In this document: piece by piece, positions 37,333 to 47,122 of the stretch
Position numbering within the stretch: the first letter of the stretch is position 1
Layout: each line of letters starts with the position of its first letter
Virus record (IMG/VR): IMGVR_UViG_3300037264_008423
Location: 62,001-126,000 of that record
Direction: 5' to 3' (one strand)
DNA: 64,000 nt
The notes under the pieces: generated by a model
What the model saw: the letters and a program-made list of their open reading frames with translations, nothing else
Databases searched by the model: none
What the model was told of the DNA's origin: nothing
Position numbers and translations under genes: made by a program

Positions 37333-37955
37333 TTAATTTCCAGGCGGGTGACCCGGTGGACGTAGTGGGGGGTGATGTTGAGGCTGACGTTGTGCTCGCC
37401 GTGAGGATTCAGGTCGTCCCCGTAGGCGGCTGAAAAGTGGCACATGCAGACGAACTGGGCGACTTCGTTCCAGAATCGCTGCCTAAACACCCTGGGGCAG
37501 TCCCGCGCGGCAGCCACTTCTTGCTGCCAGGTGTCGGTGATTCCCGTCACGGCGTTTTCCTGGATGATCCGGTGCGCTTCCGGGTCCTGTTGCCGCTCCA
37601 GGAGCAGGGCGACACCGGCGACGCTTTCCACGACGAAAGCGACCCGGTTTTTAAAGCCGATCTCATATTCAGTGTCGGTGGTTTTCACTTTCGCCGCTGT
37701 CAGAGCTTGCCAGTCTTTCAGGGCGGCTTCCGCGTCCACCACCACCAGGCGCGCGTCATTGATCAGGTTGCCCAGGTTTTTGTATTCGCGCTGGTTGTTC
37801 TCGATGAAGGCCCGGCTGACAAACTGATAGTAAAGCTGGCGCAGGGTCAGGTCGAAGCCCTGCTGCTGATACTCGGCGATGATGACGTTGGCCTTTTCGA
37901 TTTTCTCCAGGCTGTCCGGCTCGAACTTCTTCTTGCGATATTTAATTTTAGGCAT
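37323..37955 (-). CDS. Probable chimeric gene: N-terminus of a widespread phage TLRQLYY protein fused to unrelated sequence
   Basis: MPKIKY...TLRQLYYQFVSR..IEN.QREYKNLG.LINDARL, then an abrupt change at about 37745. Confidence 0.5.
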   Translation of the reverse strand: MPKIKYRKKKFEPDSLEKIEKANVIIAEYQQQGFDLTLRQLYYQFVSRAFIENNQREYKNLGNLINDARLVVVDAEAALKDWQALTAAKVKTTDTEYEIGFKNRVAFVVESVAGVALLLERQQDPEAHRIIQENAVTGITDTWQQEVAAARDCPRVFRQRFWNEVAQFVCMCHFSAAYGDDLNPHGEHNVSLNITPHYVHRVTRLEIKCP

Positions 37956-37956
37956 A

Positions 37957-38460
37957 TTAGTGTGAGCATTTCCCGCAGGTCACTTCGATGTTGCGCAGAT
38001 CTCCCAGGCGCTTGCCGCGCGAGTCATAGGCGTAGGCAAACCCACCCAAATGAACGCCGGGTTTGGCGTAGAGAGTCATGCGCCTTCCGCACCGGCAACG
38101 GGGCTTGAGCCGGATGGCGGCGGAACCGTCCTTCAGGAGCGCAATGACGCCGATGCCTAGAACGTGGTGAACTTTGCGGCCCACGTAGTATTCGATCTCG
38201 CGCAAGTTACCCTTTTTGTGGCCCAAGGCGTCGAAGCTGATCTGCCGGTCGCCCGTCAGGTGCCAAATCGTGTCCAGGGACCGGAGATCCAGGATCGGGT
38301 CCTCTTCGGCCAGGCGCGTGCGCACGAGGGCTTTGATCCGGTCCTCGACCGTGAGGATAACGGAGTTGAGGTAATCGGTGTCCGTCATCTGGTTAATCAG
38401 AGGGACGATCCGCGCCTTGGCGGACTCGGACGGGAGCCGGTCGGTATAGTCAAGTTTCAT
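37957..38460 (-). CDS. Hypothetical protein with Cys motifs
   Basis: Start ATG 38460; CRCG and TCGKC. Confidence 0.55.
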   Translation of the reverse strand: MKLDYTDRLPSESAKARIVPLINQMTDTDYLNSVILTVEDRIKALVRTRLAEEDPILDLRSLDTIWHLTGDRQISFDALGHKKGNLREIEYYVGRKVHHVLGIGVIALLKDGSAAIRLKPRCRCGRRMTLYAKPGVHLGGFAYAYDSRGKRLGDLRNIEVTCGKCSH

Positions 38461-38462
38461 AG

Positions 38463-39389
38463 CTATTTCACTTGAAGGTTGGGCGGAGGGCAGCCGTTGC
38501 AGGAAATTTGAGTAGTGATGGTCAGCCCCCATGCGGCAGCCTGCACTTTGCACGTCTCAAGAACTTCTGAATCAGGCTTGGAGATTGAGACCGCTGCGAG
38601 GCCGTGGGTCCTAGTTTCCTTTGTGCCATCGCCAATCCAGAGGCCGAAGAAGTAGGGATCAACTTCCGGGTTTGGACGTGTTGGAAAATTGACCATCGCT
38701 GGTTTGAACAACTTCCAGTTCATGTCGGGGCGATTCTGGTTTCGTGTTTCACTCAGAAGTTGATTCAGCGCGACATCACGGACTATGCCCTTGCGGTGGT
38801 TTGTTCCAGCTAAGGTCAAGACGTGAACATTGTTGCAGGTCCATGCCGCACCTTTGATGGGAACGATTTTGAACATCGGAGCTTTGCCCTGAGTTGTTGA
38901 GAGCACCCGCCGTGGTGATCCGTCTGGTCCCATCAAAAGGTCACCTGTCACGATGTCGGCGTTTCGTTTAATGGTGCCATCGTGCAGCAGGATAGGGACA
39001 TCGAGGCCAAGACACTTGCCGGTCCCCGCGCGAGCGCGCACCACGAGCGATCCGGTGCCGGAGTGGAACCATTTGAAGATGGCAATTTGCTCGTCGGACC
39101 AGGGATACTTGGTTTCGGGCAGCACGAACGAACGGGTGGTTTCGGCGGTTACAGCGGCTTGGTTCGGTTCCTGATACCAATTGACGGTCCAGGAGCCATT
39201 GATCAGTTTGGGACTGATGCCCAAGTCGTGGAGTTGGGGCTTGTGCGCGCGCCACAGGGACCAGAATGCGCCGTGCGGGATAGCTGTGCGCACTTGGCGC
39301 AGTCCGCGCGCGGTCTTGGCCAGGCGAGGCTGATTCCAGGCTAGCATCGCTTCCAGAGTTTCGTTCGTAATTTCGTTGGTCGTATTCAT
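38463..39389 (-). pseudogene. Truncated UvrD/Rep-like SF1 helicase interrupted by an incomplete intein
   Basis: WSDEQIAIF (Q motif), LVVRARAGTGK (Walker A), then immediately CLGLD...GDLLMGPDG.PRRV...CNNVHVL (intein blocks A/B) and PYFFGLWIGDG (LAGLIDADG block C). The stop at 38463 comes before any C-terminal HN or helicase motif II. Confidence 0.8.
38466..39014 (-). mobile_element. Intein N-terminal part (Hint-N plus first LAGLIDADG motif), truncated
   Basis: Cys1 codon at 39014-39012 directly after GTGK. Confidence 0.8.
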
Positions 39390-39399
39390 TCTGGTGATA

Positions 39400-39428
39400 A
39401 ATGTAAACGATTCTGATTTAGCCGTCAA
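39400..39428 (-). promoter_or_regulatory. Sigma70-type (early) promoter
   Basis: TTGACG-N17-TACATT on the minus strand. Upstream CACTTTCCCTGTTGAC is identical (16 bp) to the promoter at 6283. Confidence 0.75.
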
Positions 39429-39458
39429 CAGGGAAAGTGCAAATAAACGAAAAAAAAA

Positions 39459-40094
39459 TTAGAGGGTCCGGGCGGCGAGAATGCGCTGGACCCGATCCGC
39501 GCGCGAGCACTTCGCTTTGCCATAGAGCGAACCGTTGCTGAAGTGGACCAGGGGCGCGGTTTCCCAGCCCGGCTCGCCGTAGTTGCGACTGAGATCCACC
39601 CACGGCACGGCGGCGCTGAGGAAGATCATGTCTGACCAGTGAACCTGCCCCTCGACGGGCCAGCAAGGCACGCGGGTTTGGTGCCAGCGCGCGAACTCGT
39701 AGCACAGCCAGCCGTAAAAATACTGGGTCCCGTAAGGACCGGAGCCACGTTGCAGGGTGTAGTTGGGTTCCGGGGGCAGGTGCTCCGGTTTGAACCCATA
39801 GTTGATCACGTCCAGGTCCACCATCAGTCCGCCGCCCACCTGGAGCATGGCCAGGTAGCGCACGAACGACACCTGCTTATATTCGCTCCAGTGCAGGCTG
39901 GGAATGTGGGAAATAGCTTCGGCATAGGTGCAGTAGTCCCGGTTGGCCGTGGCATCGTCCAGGCCAAGCGCGCGCACCTGCCAGCCTTGGCGTTCCCAGG
40001 ATTCCTGGAAAAGCTTCAGCAGCTCGGCATAGCCGTTGTCCACGATTTGGTCGTATTCGTCCTTCAGTTGTTGGTAGTAGGTGTGAACAATCAT
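39459..40094 (-). CDS. Glycosyltransferase-like (DxD) protein
   Basis: FVRYLAMLQVGGGLMVDLDVINY; WSDM. Confidence 0.6.
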   Translation of the reverse strand: MIVHTYYQQLKDEYDQIVDNGYAELLKLFQESWERQGWQVRALGLDDATANRDYCTYAEAISHIPSLHWSEYKQVSFVRYLAMLQVGGGLMVDLDVINYGFKPEHLPPEPNYTLQRGSGPYGTQYFYGWLCYEFARWHQTRVPCWPVEGQVHWSDMIFLSAAVPWVDLSRNYGEPGWETAPLVHFSNGSLYGKAKCSRADRVQRILAARTL

Positions 40095-40435
40095 GCGGCA
40101 GTCTCCACTCTTTTCTGGAAGTAGGTTTCGGGCAGCGGTTCCACCCGAAACCGCTCCAGGTTGCCGAATACGGCGGCGACAATGCCCAGGGTCAGGTTGT
40201 CGTCGCCCGTGTCGCTCTTGACGGCGAAGGTGTCCTCGGCCAGCTCCAGGTAGAGCACGATCTGGTAAGCGTCTCTCTCCACGCCCGGCTGGCGAGTCGC
40301 GCCCCGGCCCATCTGCGCCACGATCCAGGATTCCAGGATCTCCTCCAGGCCGTCCCGGTTGGCGTTGGTGCGGATCACGGACTGAGACTGGTCCTTGATA
40401 TTGAAGTTAATCTCGACAATTAAGTCAGGTTTCAT
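40091..40435 (-). CDS. Hypothetical protein
   Basis: Start ATG 40435. Confidence 0.5.
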   Translation of the reverse strand: MKPDLIVEINFNIKDQSQSVIRTNANRDGLEEILESWIVAQMGRGATRQPGVERDAYQIVLYLELAEDTFAVKSDTGDDNLTLGIVAAVFGNLERFRVEPLPETYFQKRVETAA

Positions 40436-40436
40436 T

Positions 40437-41087
40437 TTAATTGACTTTCTGGAGGATACATTGCATGGGCCAAAAATGGATGAAGGCTGTGTCGCCTTGC
40501 AGTTTGTCCATGATGGCAATTCGCGCCAGCAGGGCGGCGTCAAAACGAGAGCGGTCGTTACAGAAATCGGTGGTGGGGGGATTGAGACTAAGGCCGGGCC
40601 GCACCTGGACATAGGGCGTGAGGTCGTAGTAGGTGTTGGCCAAATCCTCGATGGTGTAGAGACCGCCCGGTTTCAAGTGGCCCCAGGCGGCATCCAGGCT
40701 CCCCAGCATGTGCTCCACCAGGTGACTGCCGTCATCGATAATAATGTCAAAGGCGGTGTCGGCGGCGGCGGCGGCGGCGGCGCGCGCCCGGTGAAGAACT
40801 TGCGGGTCGCACTGATGGCCCAGGATCACGGAGATGCGCTCCCCGTAAAACTGGTTGGCCTGCGGGTCCTGGTCAATGCCGATCACACTGGCGTTGCGGA
40901 AATAGTCGCGCCAGACTTTCAGAGAGGAACCCCGATACACTCCCAGTTCCAGCACGCCGCGCACTTGATCCCGGATGGGCGCGAAATAAGTTTCGTAAAC
41001 ATCCAGGTAAGATCGGCCACAAAAGGTGTGGTAGCGGTCCGCCTTGTCGGTTTGGTGCCGGAGGCCCAGTGATTGGAGCGGGTTCAT
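40437..41087 (-). CDS. Class I SAM-dependent O-methyltransferase
   Basis: VLELGVYRGSSL, VIGIDQD, FDIIIDDGSH, LKPGGLYTIED. Confidence 0.85.
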   Translation of the reverse strand: MNPLQSLGLRHQTDKADRYHTFCGRSYLDVYETYFAPIRDQVRGVLELGVYRGSSLKVWRDYFRNASVIGIDQDPQANQFYGERISVILGHQCDPQVLHRARAAAAAAADTAFDIIIDDGSHLVEHMLGSLDAAWGHLKPGGLYTIEDLANTYYDLTPYVQVRPGLSLNPPTTDFCNDRSRFDAALLARIAIMDKLQGDTAFIHFWPMQCILQKVN

Positions 41088-41719
41088 ACTTTGCAGAAAA
41101 TGGCCTGTTTGGACCAGAAGTGCAGAAAGCGAATGTCCCCCTGGTGGAGATCCATGATCTTTAGCTGGTCGGCGAAAAAGCGGTCCAGCTTAGATCGGTC
41201 CAGCTTAAAGTCGGTGGTCTCTGGCGGATTGTGCTTCTGCCCCGGCCATTCCCTCCAGGAATTGGAGATGTCACCCCAGTGAGACACTTGCAGGTCCTCG
41301 ATAATGTAAAAGCCGCCCGGTTTAACGCGCGGCCAGAGCAACAAGTAGCTGGCAATCTGGTGGTCGATGACGTGGCTGGCGTCGTCAATGACGACATCAA
41401 AAAGTTGATCCGGGGCGACCAGGCTCAAAGCATTGGGATCAATTTGGCTGCCCGTGACTACCTGGATGCGCGGTCCATAGTCGGCCTTGGCCTGCGGGTC
41501 CAGGTCCAGCCCCCATATTTGCGCGTTGGGAAAGTAATCGCGCCAGACTTGCAGGGAGCGACCCTTGAAGACGCCCAGCTCCAGCAGGCAGCGGACATCG
41601 CAACGGATGCCGCGAAAGTAGATTTGATAAACGTCCAGGTAGCTGAGGTCGCGGAACGTGTGGAGGTTGTCCACTTTATCCGTGCCGTATTGAGTGCCGA
41701 GCAGGTGTAATTTTCTCAT
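41084..41719 (-). CDS. Class I SAM-dependent O-methyltransferase (paralogue of the adjacent gene)
   Basis: LLELGVFKGRSL, IWGLDLD, FDVVIDDASH, VKPGGFYIIED. Confidence 0.85.
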   Translation of the reverse strand: MRKLHLLGTQYGTDKVDNLHTFRDLSYLDVYQIYFRGIRCDVRCLLELGVFKGRSLQVWRDYFPNAQIWGLDLDPQAKADYGPRIQVVTGSQIDPNALSLVAPDQLFDVVIDDASHVIDHQIASYLLLWPRVKPGGFYIIEDLQVSHWGDISNSWREWPGQKHNPPETTDFKLDRSKLDRFFADQLKIMDLHQGDIRFLHFWSKQAIFCKV

Positions 41720-41720
41720 G

Positions 41721-43564
41721 TCAGGCTTTTTCAGGCGGAGCTGCGTCCAGGGTTGAGGTTAGTTTATCTTTCAGGTCACACAGCTTGTGAATGACAGGGA
41801 TCTCATGCCGCGCGAAATAGTGAGCGGCATGCGGCGCAGGCTGGGCCGAGGCCCTGACGATGCACCAAAGGATGAAGTCAATCTCGTAGCGAGTCAGGGC
41901 CTCGCTACTCGGTGAGGGTTTGGACATTGGGACTCCTTTCGGCTACGGCCACGTTGGCGCTGACGCGTTTGCAGACTTTGCAGGCGATAATGAGAATGCC
42001 CTCATTGCGGCAAAAGCCCACCACCGTGCCTTTTCCGGGATGGCACTGCTGGATCAAGGTCATGTGATCGTGCTGAGCGTGGGGTCCTTTGCACTCAGGA
42101 TCGCTACAGCCCTTCTCCATGAGTTTCAGCAAGTCTTCTTTGTAAATGATGGACATAGATGAATTGTAGTTTTTTCTCCAGGGGCACGTCGTCTAAAGTA
42201 GCGGACACGCTATCGAGCACCCGGAGCAGGGCTTCTTTTTGCGCGTCGGTCCACGGTTTGTCCTGGTGCTCCTGGCGCAGGTCTTCCAACGGGTTTCCCA
42301 GGTTGAGCTGGAGCGCCTGGGCGATCAAGTCCCGCAAGTGGACAGCGGCGTCGGCATACTCTCGATTGAGTCCGACCGTGACGAATTGGTAACCCGTCTC
42401 GTGGGACCAGGTGACCAGCACGGTCACGTCCGGTCCGAAGTCATGAATGAATTGGCGCAGTTCTTCCACGGTGACCGGGTGGGGCGGTTTGTTAAAGATG
42501 TAAATCATGGCTGCGGAGTAATCGAGGGTTCATCCAGAGACAAAGGGGCGTAGGGCCGGGGTGTCTCCGCCTGGTCGCCCGGTTCGTCAGGCGCGCAGGG
42601 GTGCGATTCCGGCACCACAAAAGCCTCCAGCCGGATGCCGCTGGTGATGTGATTGGCGATGGCCATCGAGCGCACGGTGCGGAACCAGTCTTGAATGAAA
42701 GGTTCGGCTTCCTTCGCCTTCAGTCTCTCGACGCGGCGCGCCAGGGTGATTGCCATCAGGTGCTCGGAAAGGGCGCAGCGCCGCTCGAACTCCAGGATTT
42801 GGTCGTCCGTGGCATACAATTCAACGCGTGTTTGCAGGGGTAGCATAAGCTTAATTTTTAATGGTCTTTTGATCCGCTGGAGCATGGTCCTCCACCAGCG
42901 TTTTGTCAAATTCCGCGAACAATCTGTCAATTTCCCGGCTGCGGTGCCGGGACCAGCACACCAGCGCCGCCCGGCCTTTCCCCGCGACCGCGTTACAGGC
43001 CAGCGAGCCGCTGAGGTAGCCGATCAAGAAGCCCAACTGGGTCTCAGGTTTGGCCTGCTGGTAATTCGTCACCGCCATCGCTTGGCGGATCGTCACAGGA
43101 AACTTGGCCTTTGTGTTCATTCGTATCGGTTGGTAGAACGGAATCGAGCGGGGTGCCACTGACCACCAGGTTTTGGATTTTCTGGCAGCGGAGCACGCAG
43201 CGGCCATCCACATTTACCCACAAGGCCCGGTGATCGGCGCTGATTTCAATCTCCACGGCTTGGGCTGAGGCGAGGTCGGTCATGGCTTGGGCTGGTGCAG
43301 GGCGTTGGAGAGTCGCAGCTCAATGCCGCGAAGCACCACCAGCTCATTGCTGTTGGTGCTCCGGGCAAGGTCCAGGCGCACCTGGCCCAGCGCGTTGGAA
43401 ACCGCCGCCCAACCGCGCGCGGGGTCTCGGACCGGCGTCGGCGGGGGCGTGTTGGTCAGCGTGTTGGAGGCCGGGCCAGGCGCTTTCCCTGGAAAATACT
43501 CCAGAATAAAAAACATAAGCACAGACAAGAGGGCGACGAGGATAATAACTTTCATAGTTTTCAC
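41721..43564 (-). other. Cluster of small hypothetical genes (41721-41927, 41905-42156, 42104-42508, 42505-~42870, ORFs ending at 42851 and 43044, and the 43280-43564 membrane protein)
   Basis: Packed short ORFs; CKVCK in 41905-42156; N-terminal TM helix in 43280-43564. Confidence 0.5.
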
Positions 43565-43585
43565 AGGTTCAGGCTCAGGCGAGCA

Positions 43586-43960
43586 TTAGTGGGGTAAATT
43601 TAATTGGTCCACCCGCCACACTTCCGCCTGGCCGTTAGAGAAGAGCCAGTCGCTTGCGCCGACATAGCGGCCCTGCTCGTCGTAGCCCGTAACGACCACC
43701 GGGGTGCGGTGGACCCAGGCGGACCCGCGCACCGGCACCGCTTGGCCGGGGGTGAGGTTGGTATAGAGCAGCACGCTGTCCACCGTCACGTTGAGCCGGT
43801 AGCGCGTGTTGTTGTTGACGACCGTCATGGCCCCGGACGCTACCGGCGTGGCCATCGGCCCGGAGGGCAGGGTGTAGTATTTGGTCGCGCATCCGCACGC
43901 CAAGCACAGCGCCATTCCGCATAGTTTTATTCGTAGCATGATTCCAGTTTCCCACACCAA
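43586..43960 (-). CDS. Putative lipoprotein
   Basis: Hydrophobic signal ending LACGC. Confidence 0.55.
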   Translation of the reverse strand: MVWETGIMLRIKLCGMALCLACGCATKYYTLPSGPMATPVASGAMTVVNNNTRYRLNVTVDSVLLYTNLTPGQAVPVRGSAWVHRTPVVVTGYDEQGRYVGASDWLFSNGQAEVWRVDQLNLPH

Positions 43961-44195
43961 ATATAAATTGTAAACAAAAAAATGATGCTATATGCCGTTC
44001 TGTTAAACTGCCGTATGAAGTATATGAATCATACAGATGCGCCGCCGTCAAAAAATCAGCGAGAATACGCCTCCTGGTGGAGAAAAAACACCGTTAGAGG
44101 CAGGCGCATGGCTTTCCAGAAGGATTTCAAGTTCTATGCTATAACTGTAACTTTGGAAAACGTAACGGAAAAGTCTGTCCACACAAACTACAAAA

Positions 44196-44486
44196 ATGAT
44201 AACAAAAGAACAAAAAATTACGCGAACGTCCTTCAAACAGCAGGCCGATGTGATTGCGGCGCTTCTGCGCACCAATCCCATGATTAACGACTCCGATAAG
44301 CTGTCGATGAACGAAACGGTGGGGGTGCTGATCTGGTTGAACCAGTTGCAGCTCCAATGGGAGGCGGAGTCTAAACCGGGTTCCAACGATGAGGCGCACC
44401 AGGCCAACCAGGCGCGCTTGGACTCGATCTACGATAAGATTTTTTCAGGGAGAAAACCCGCGAAGGCCAGTCCGCCTCCGGTTTAG
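44196..44486 (+). CDS. Hypothetical protein (lone plus-strand gene)
   Basis: 96-aa ORF after an AT-rich gap. Confidence 0.5.
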   Translation: MITKEQKITRTSFKQQADVIAALLRTNPMINDSDKLSMNETVGVLIWLNQLQLQWEAESKPGSNDEAHQANQARLDSIYDKIFSGRKPAKASPPPV

Positions 44487-44989
44487 CTTTCCAGGCGGGG
44501 CAAGAGGCGGTCCGCCGCGCTCTGGACCCACAAGGCTTCTTCCTGGCCCATTGATCGCTGTAGCTCGGCTTTGAGCCGGGCGATGGCCGCCTCATTGCGT
44601 TGATGAGGCGGCTTGGCCTCCTCGGCGCGCAGGGCTTGAATCACTTGCTGATAGTCCGCTGTGGTCGCGGGGGGTCCCAGGTTCGGCGCTCCCAGCGCGC
44701 CGGGATCGAAACGCTGCGGACGGCTGGGGCGTTGGTAGATGGGCACCGTTTGCGCCGCTTCGGGCGACGCGTTGACCGGAATATCCTGCGGGTCATCCAG
44801 CAGCGTATCCGCCGCCGTGGGAATGTCCTCGCCAGGCGACTGTCCGCCCAGGGCGGCTTCCTCGTCCGGGTGGAGCCGGGGATTGCCGTGGGGCTTCCAC
44901 TGCATCCGGTTCTGCCAGCGGTTGCGCTGAGGGCCTCCAGGGTCGGCGGGAACATTGCCCAAGCTGATCTCGTTAATAGTCCGTTTCAC
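44483..44989 (-). CDS. Hypothetical Pro-rich protein
   Basis: 168 aa; TATTTA-N4-GTG start; INE near the N-terminus. Confidence 0.55.
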   Translation of the reverse strand: MKRTINEISLGNVPADPGGPQRNRWQNRMQWKPHGNPRLHPDEEAALGGQSPGEDIPTAADTLLDDPQDIPVNASPEAAQTVPIYQRPSRPQRFDPGALGAPNLGPPATTADYQQVIQALRAEEAKPPHQRNEAAIARLKAELQRSMGQEEALWVQSAADRLLPRLES

Positions 44990-44992
44990 AGC

Positions 44993-45798
44993 TTAAATAC
45001 TCCGCTTCATGTCTTGAAGGATTTTGTCCAGCGCGTAAACGTTTACTCCCGGCAGGCGCACCGGCCCCGCTTGATACTCCTGGGGTAGCGGACCGGCTAC
45101 GGCGTAGGCCGGGTCAAACTGCTGGCCTTCGATGGACAGCCAGGCGTGGGGCACCGCGTCGCCGTCCTGGCGCACGGTGCCTTGAAGCAAATGGGCGCTT
45201 AGACCGCGCGACTTTAGAAAGCTGAACACCAGGCGCGATACGGCATGCGGTTCCCTGGTGAAGAGGTTCCGATGGCGTTGGTAGAGCCAGCGTGTGGCCG
45301 TGTGCGCCAGCTCCAGACTCGTGGAGTGGACTTCGAGCAGATAGTTTACAATCTCACGCGCTTCGCCCAGGTAATCGACCTCCACCGGCTCCAGGGATTC
45401 CGGGAACAGGATCATGATGTCCGCGCCGCCTTCCTCCCGATAGTTGTTGGGAATGAACCAGCCATCGTAGCCTTCGCGCTGGACCCAATCCGCCACGGCT
45501 TCCACGTCGTACTCTCTGCCAAAACCTCGCTCGTGATTTCGTCGAAGGTCGGCTTGTCCGGGATCAGCAGCAAGCGCAGGGGGGTCGTGACCCGGTAAGT
45601 GACGACGCGCGCGTGCGCTCCCAGCTTTTGGCCGTAGGGAACGGGATCTGACTCGCCGTGCCAGTTGACAAACCAGCGCGCCACGCGCGGCTTCTCGCTG
45701 AAGAAGGCCGGTCCCTGGATCTCGGCGTCCGCAAACTCGGCGTTGGTGCCGTGGTAGAGCCGGTAACCGGGCCTGAGAGTTTTAGTCCTGAGCCTCAC
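44993..45798 (-). pseudogene. Frameshifted ADP-ribosyltransferase-like gene (two ORF halves, 45412-45798 and 44993-45505)
   Basis: YRLYHGTNAEF...PAFFS...EVLAE in one frame continues as YDVEAVADWVQREGYDGW...GADIMIL in another frame, at the GAGAG at 45512-45516. Confidence 0.65.
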
Positions 45799-45802
45799 AC
45801 CG

Positions 45803-46444
45803 TTAACTACCCCCTACTTTGCGGTGGATTTCCCGCATGGCTTCCAGGCCCCGGATGAAATGGCCGACCATGTGCTGGGCGGTCATATTTTGAAATGACC
45901 AGGGTGCGATCAGCGGTTCGTTTTTGATGCGGATGCCCGGCAGGGCGTGAACGATCTTGCCGACAAACCAGTCCTCATCGTGGCGATCCAGGGGCAGTTG
46001 GTCGGCCACAGCCTGGGCGCAGGCGCGTGACAGGGAGTAGCCGCCGCCGTGAGGCTTTTGCACGCCGTCCTGGGCCAGGTAGATGCAGCCCACCACATCC
46101 GCCTGCTCGAAGGGATAGGTGTTGAATAGCCGGGGGTTGAGGTAGCTGTCGTCGTCGCACTTGAAAAGGTAGGGACTGTCGAAAGCGGTCAAAAACCACT
46201 GGCAGAACCGTTTGACCTTGGTGGTCAGGCTGCCCAGGGTGTCGTCGCACCGAACGCGCAAGAAAGGGGGATCATAGGTGTAGTCTTCCAACAACGCGGT
46301 TTCGCCAATGAGAAATACTGGCTGGAATTTGCTGCGGTCAAGCAGAGGCACCCAGGTTTGCAGGCACCCCTGGCGGCGATCCGCGTGGGCGGACCGGATT
46401 TGGCAGGTTTGGATGCCAACCGGGATCAAGTTTTTGGCGACCAT
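45803..46444 (-). CDS. GT31/galactosyltransferase-like glycosyltransferase
   Basis: DDTLGSLTTKVKRFCQW, YLFKCDDDSYL, HGGGYSLSR, DEDWFVG. Confidence 0.75.
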   Translation of the reverse strand: MVAKNLIPVGIQTCQIRSAHADRRQGCLQTWVPLLDRSKFQPVFLIGETALLEDYTYDPPFLRVRCDDTLGSLTTKVKRFCQWFLTAFDSPYLFKCDDDSYLNPRLFNTYPFEQADVVGCIYLAQDGVQKPHGGGYSLSRACAQAVADQLPLDRHDEDWFVGKIVHALPGIRIKNEPLIAPWSFQNMTAQHMVGHFIRGLEAMREIHRKVGGS

Positions 46445-47115
46445 TAAAACTGGGGCATGACGGTGATCACCTGGTGGAAGGACCGCACGCCCAGCGGCGG
46501 CAAGGGCGGCACGCTGTAGCGGATCTCCGTGGTGTAGCCGCCTTCCCGGCCTGTGGTGGACACGGCTCTGGCTGTAAACCAGTAGTTACTATAAGTCAAT
46601 AGATTACTAATGGTCACCGACCGGGCATCGGGGGGGAGCCTGAGCAGGTTGGTGGTCAACCTCGCCTGGGTGTTGGTGTTGATGAAACCCCAGTAAACGC
46701 GGTATTCGTTGAGCGGAACATTGGTTACGCTCAACCATTGCAGCCCCAGGATATTGGGTTTTCGGCCCTGCCATAAGGTCAGGTATTGAAAGCCCGGCAC
46801 GCGATCCGGTTCCGGGAAGGGCACCTGGTAGCTAACTTCATTGGAAAAGTCGCTCTCCAGGCCGCTGGTATTAAAGGCGGTTACCGCAAAGTAATAAGTG
46901 ACCCCCTCGCTGAGTCCTGAAACGGCGGTGTTCGTTACCAGGCCCAAGACATTGGTGTGAGTATAGACCCCGCTGGCGGTGCCGTAGTAGAGCTTATAGC
47001 CAGCCAGGTCCGGTTCGGAGTTGGGGTCCCAGGCGAGCGAGACGGAACGGAGTTGCGCGCCTACCGTGGCGCAGAGGCACCCGAGGAGAGTTAATGTAAA
47101 CAGGAGTCTTTTCAT
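46444..47115 (-). CDS. Signal-peptide protein with two fibronectin type III domains
   Basis: SVSLAWDPNSEPDLAGYKLYYG...YYFAVTAFN.SG.ES; second FN3 domain with YWFTARAV. Confidence 0.8.
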   Translation of the reverse strand: MKRLLFTLTLLGCLCATVGAQLRSVSLAWDPNSEPDLAGYKLYYGTASGVYTHTNVLGLVTNTAVSGLSEGVTYYFAVTAFNTSGLESDFSNEVSYQVPFPEPDRVPGFQYLTLWQGRKPNILGLQWLSVTNVPLNEYRVYWGFINTNTQARLTTNLLRLPPDARSVTISNLLTYSNYWFTARAVSTTGREGGYTTEIRYSVPPLPPLGVRSFHQVITVMPQF

Positions 47116-47122
47116 GGTATTT

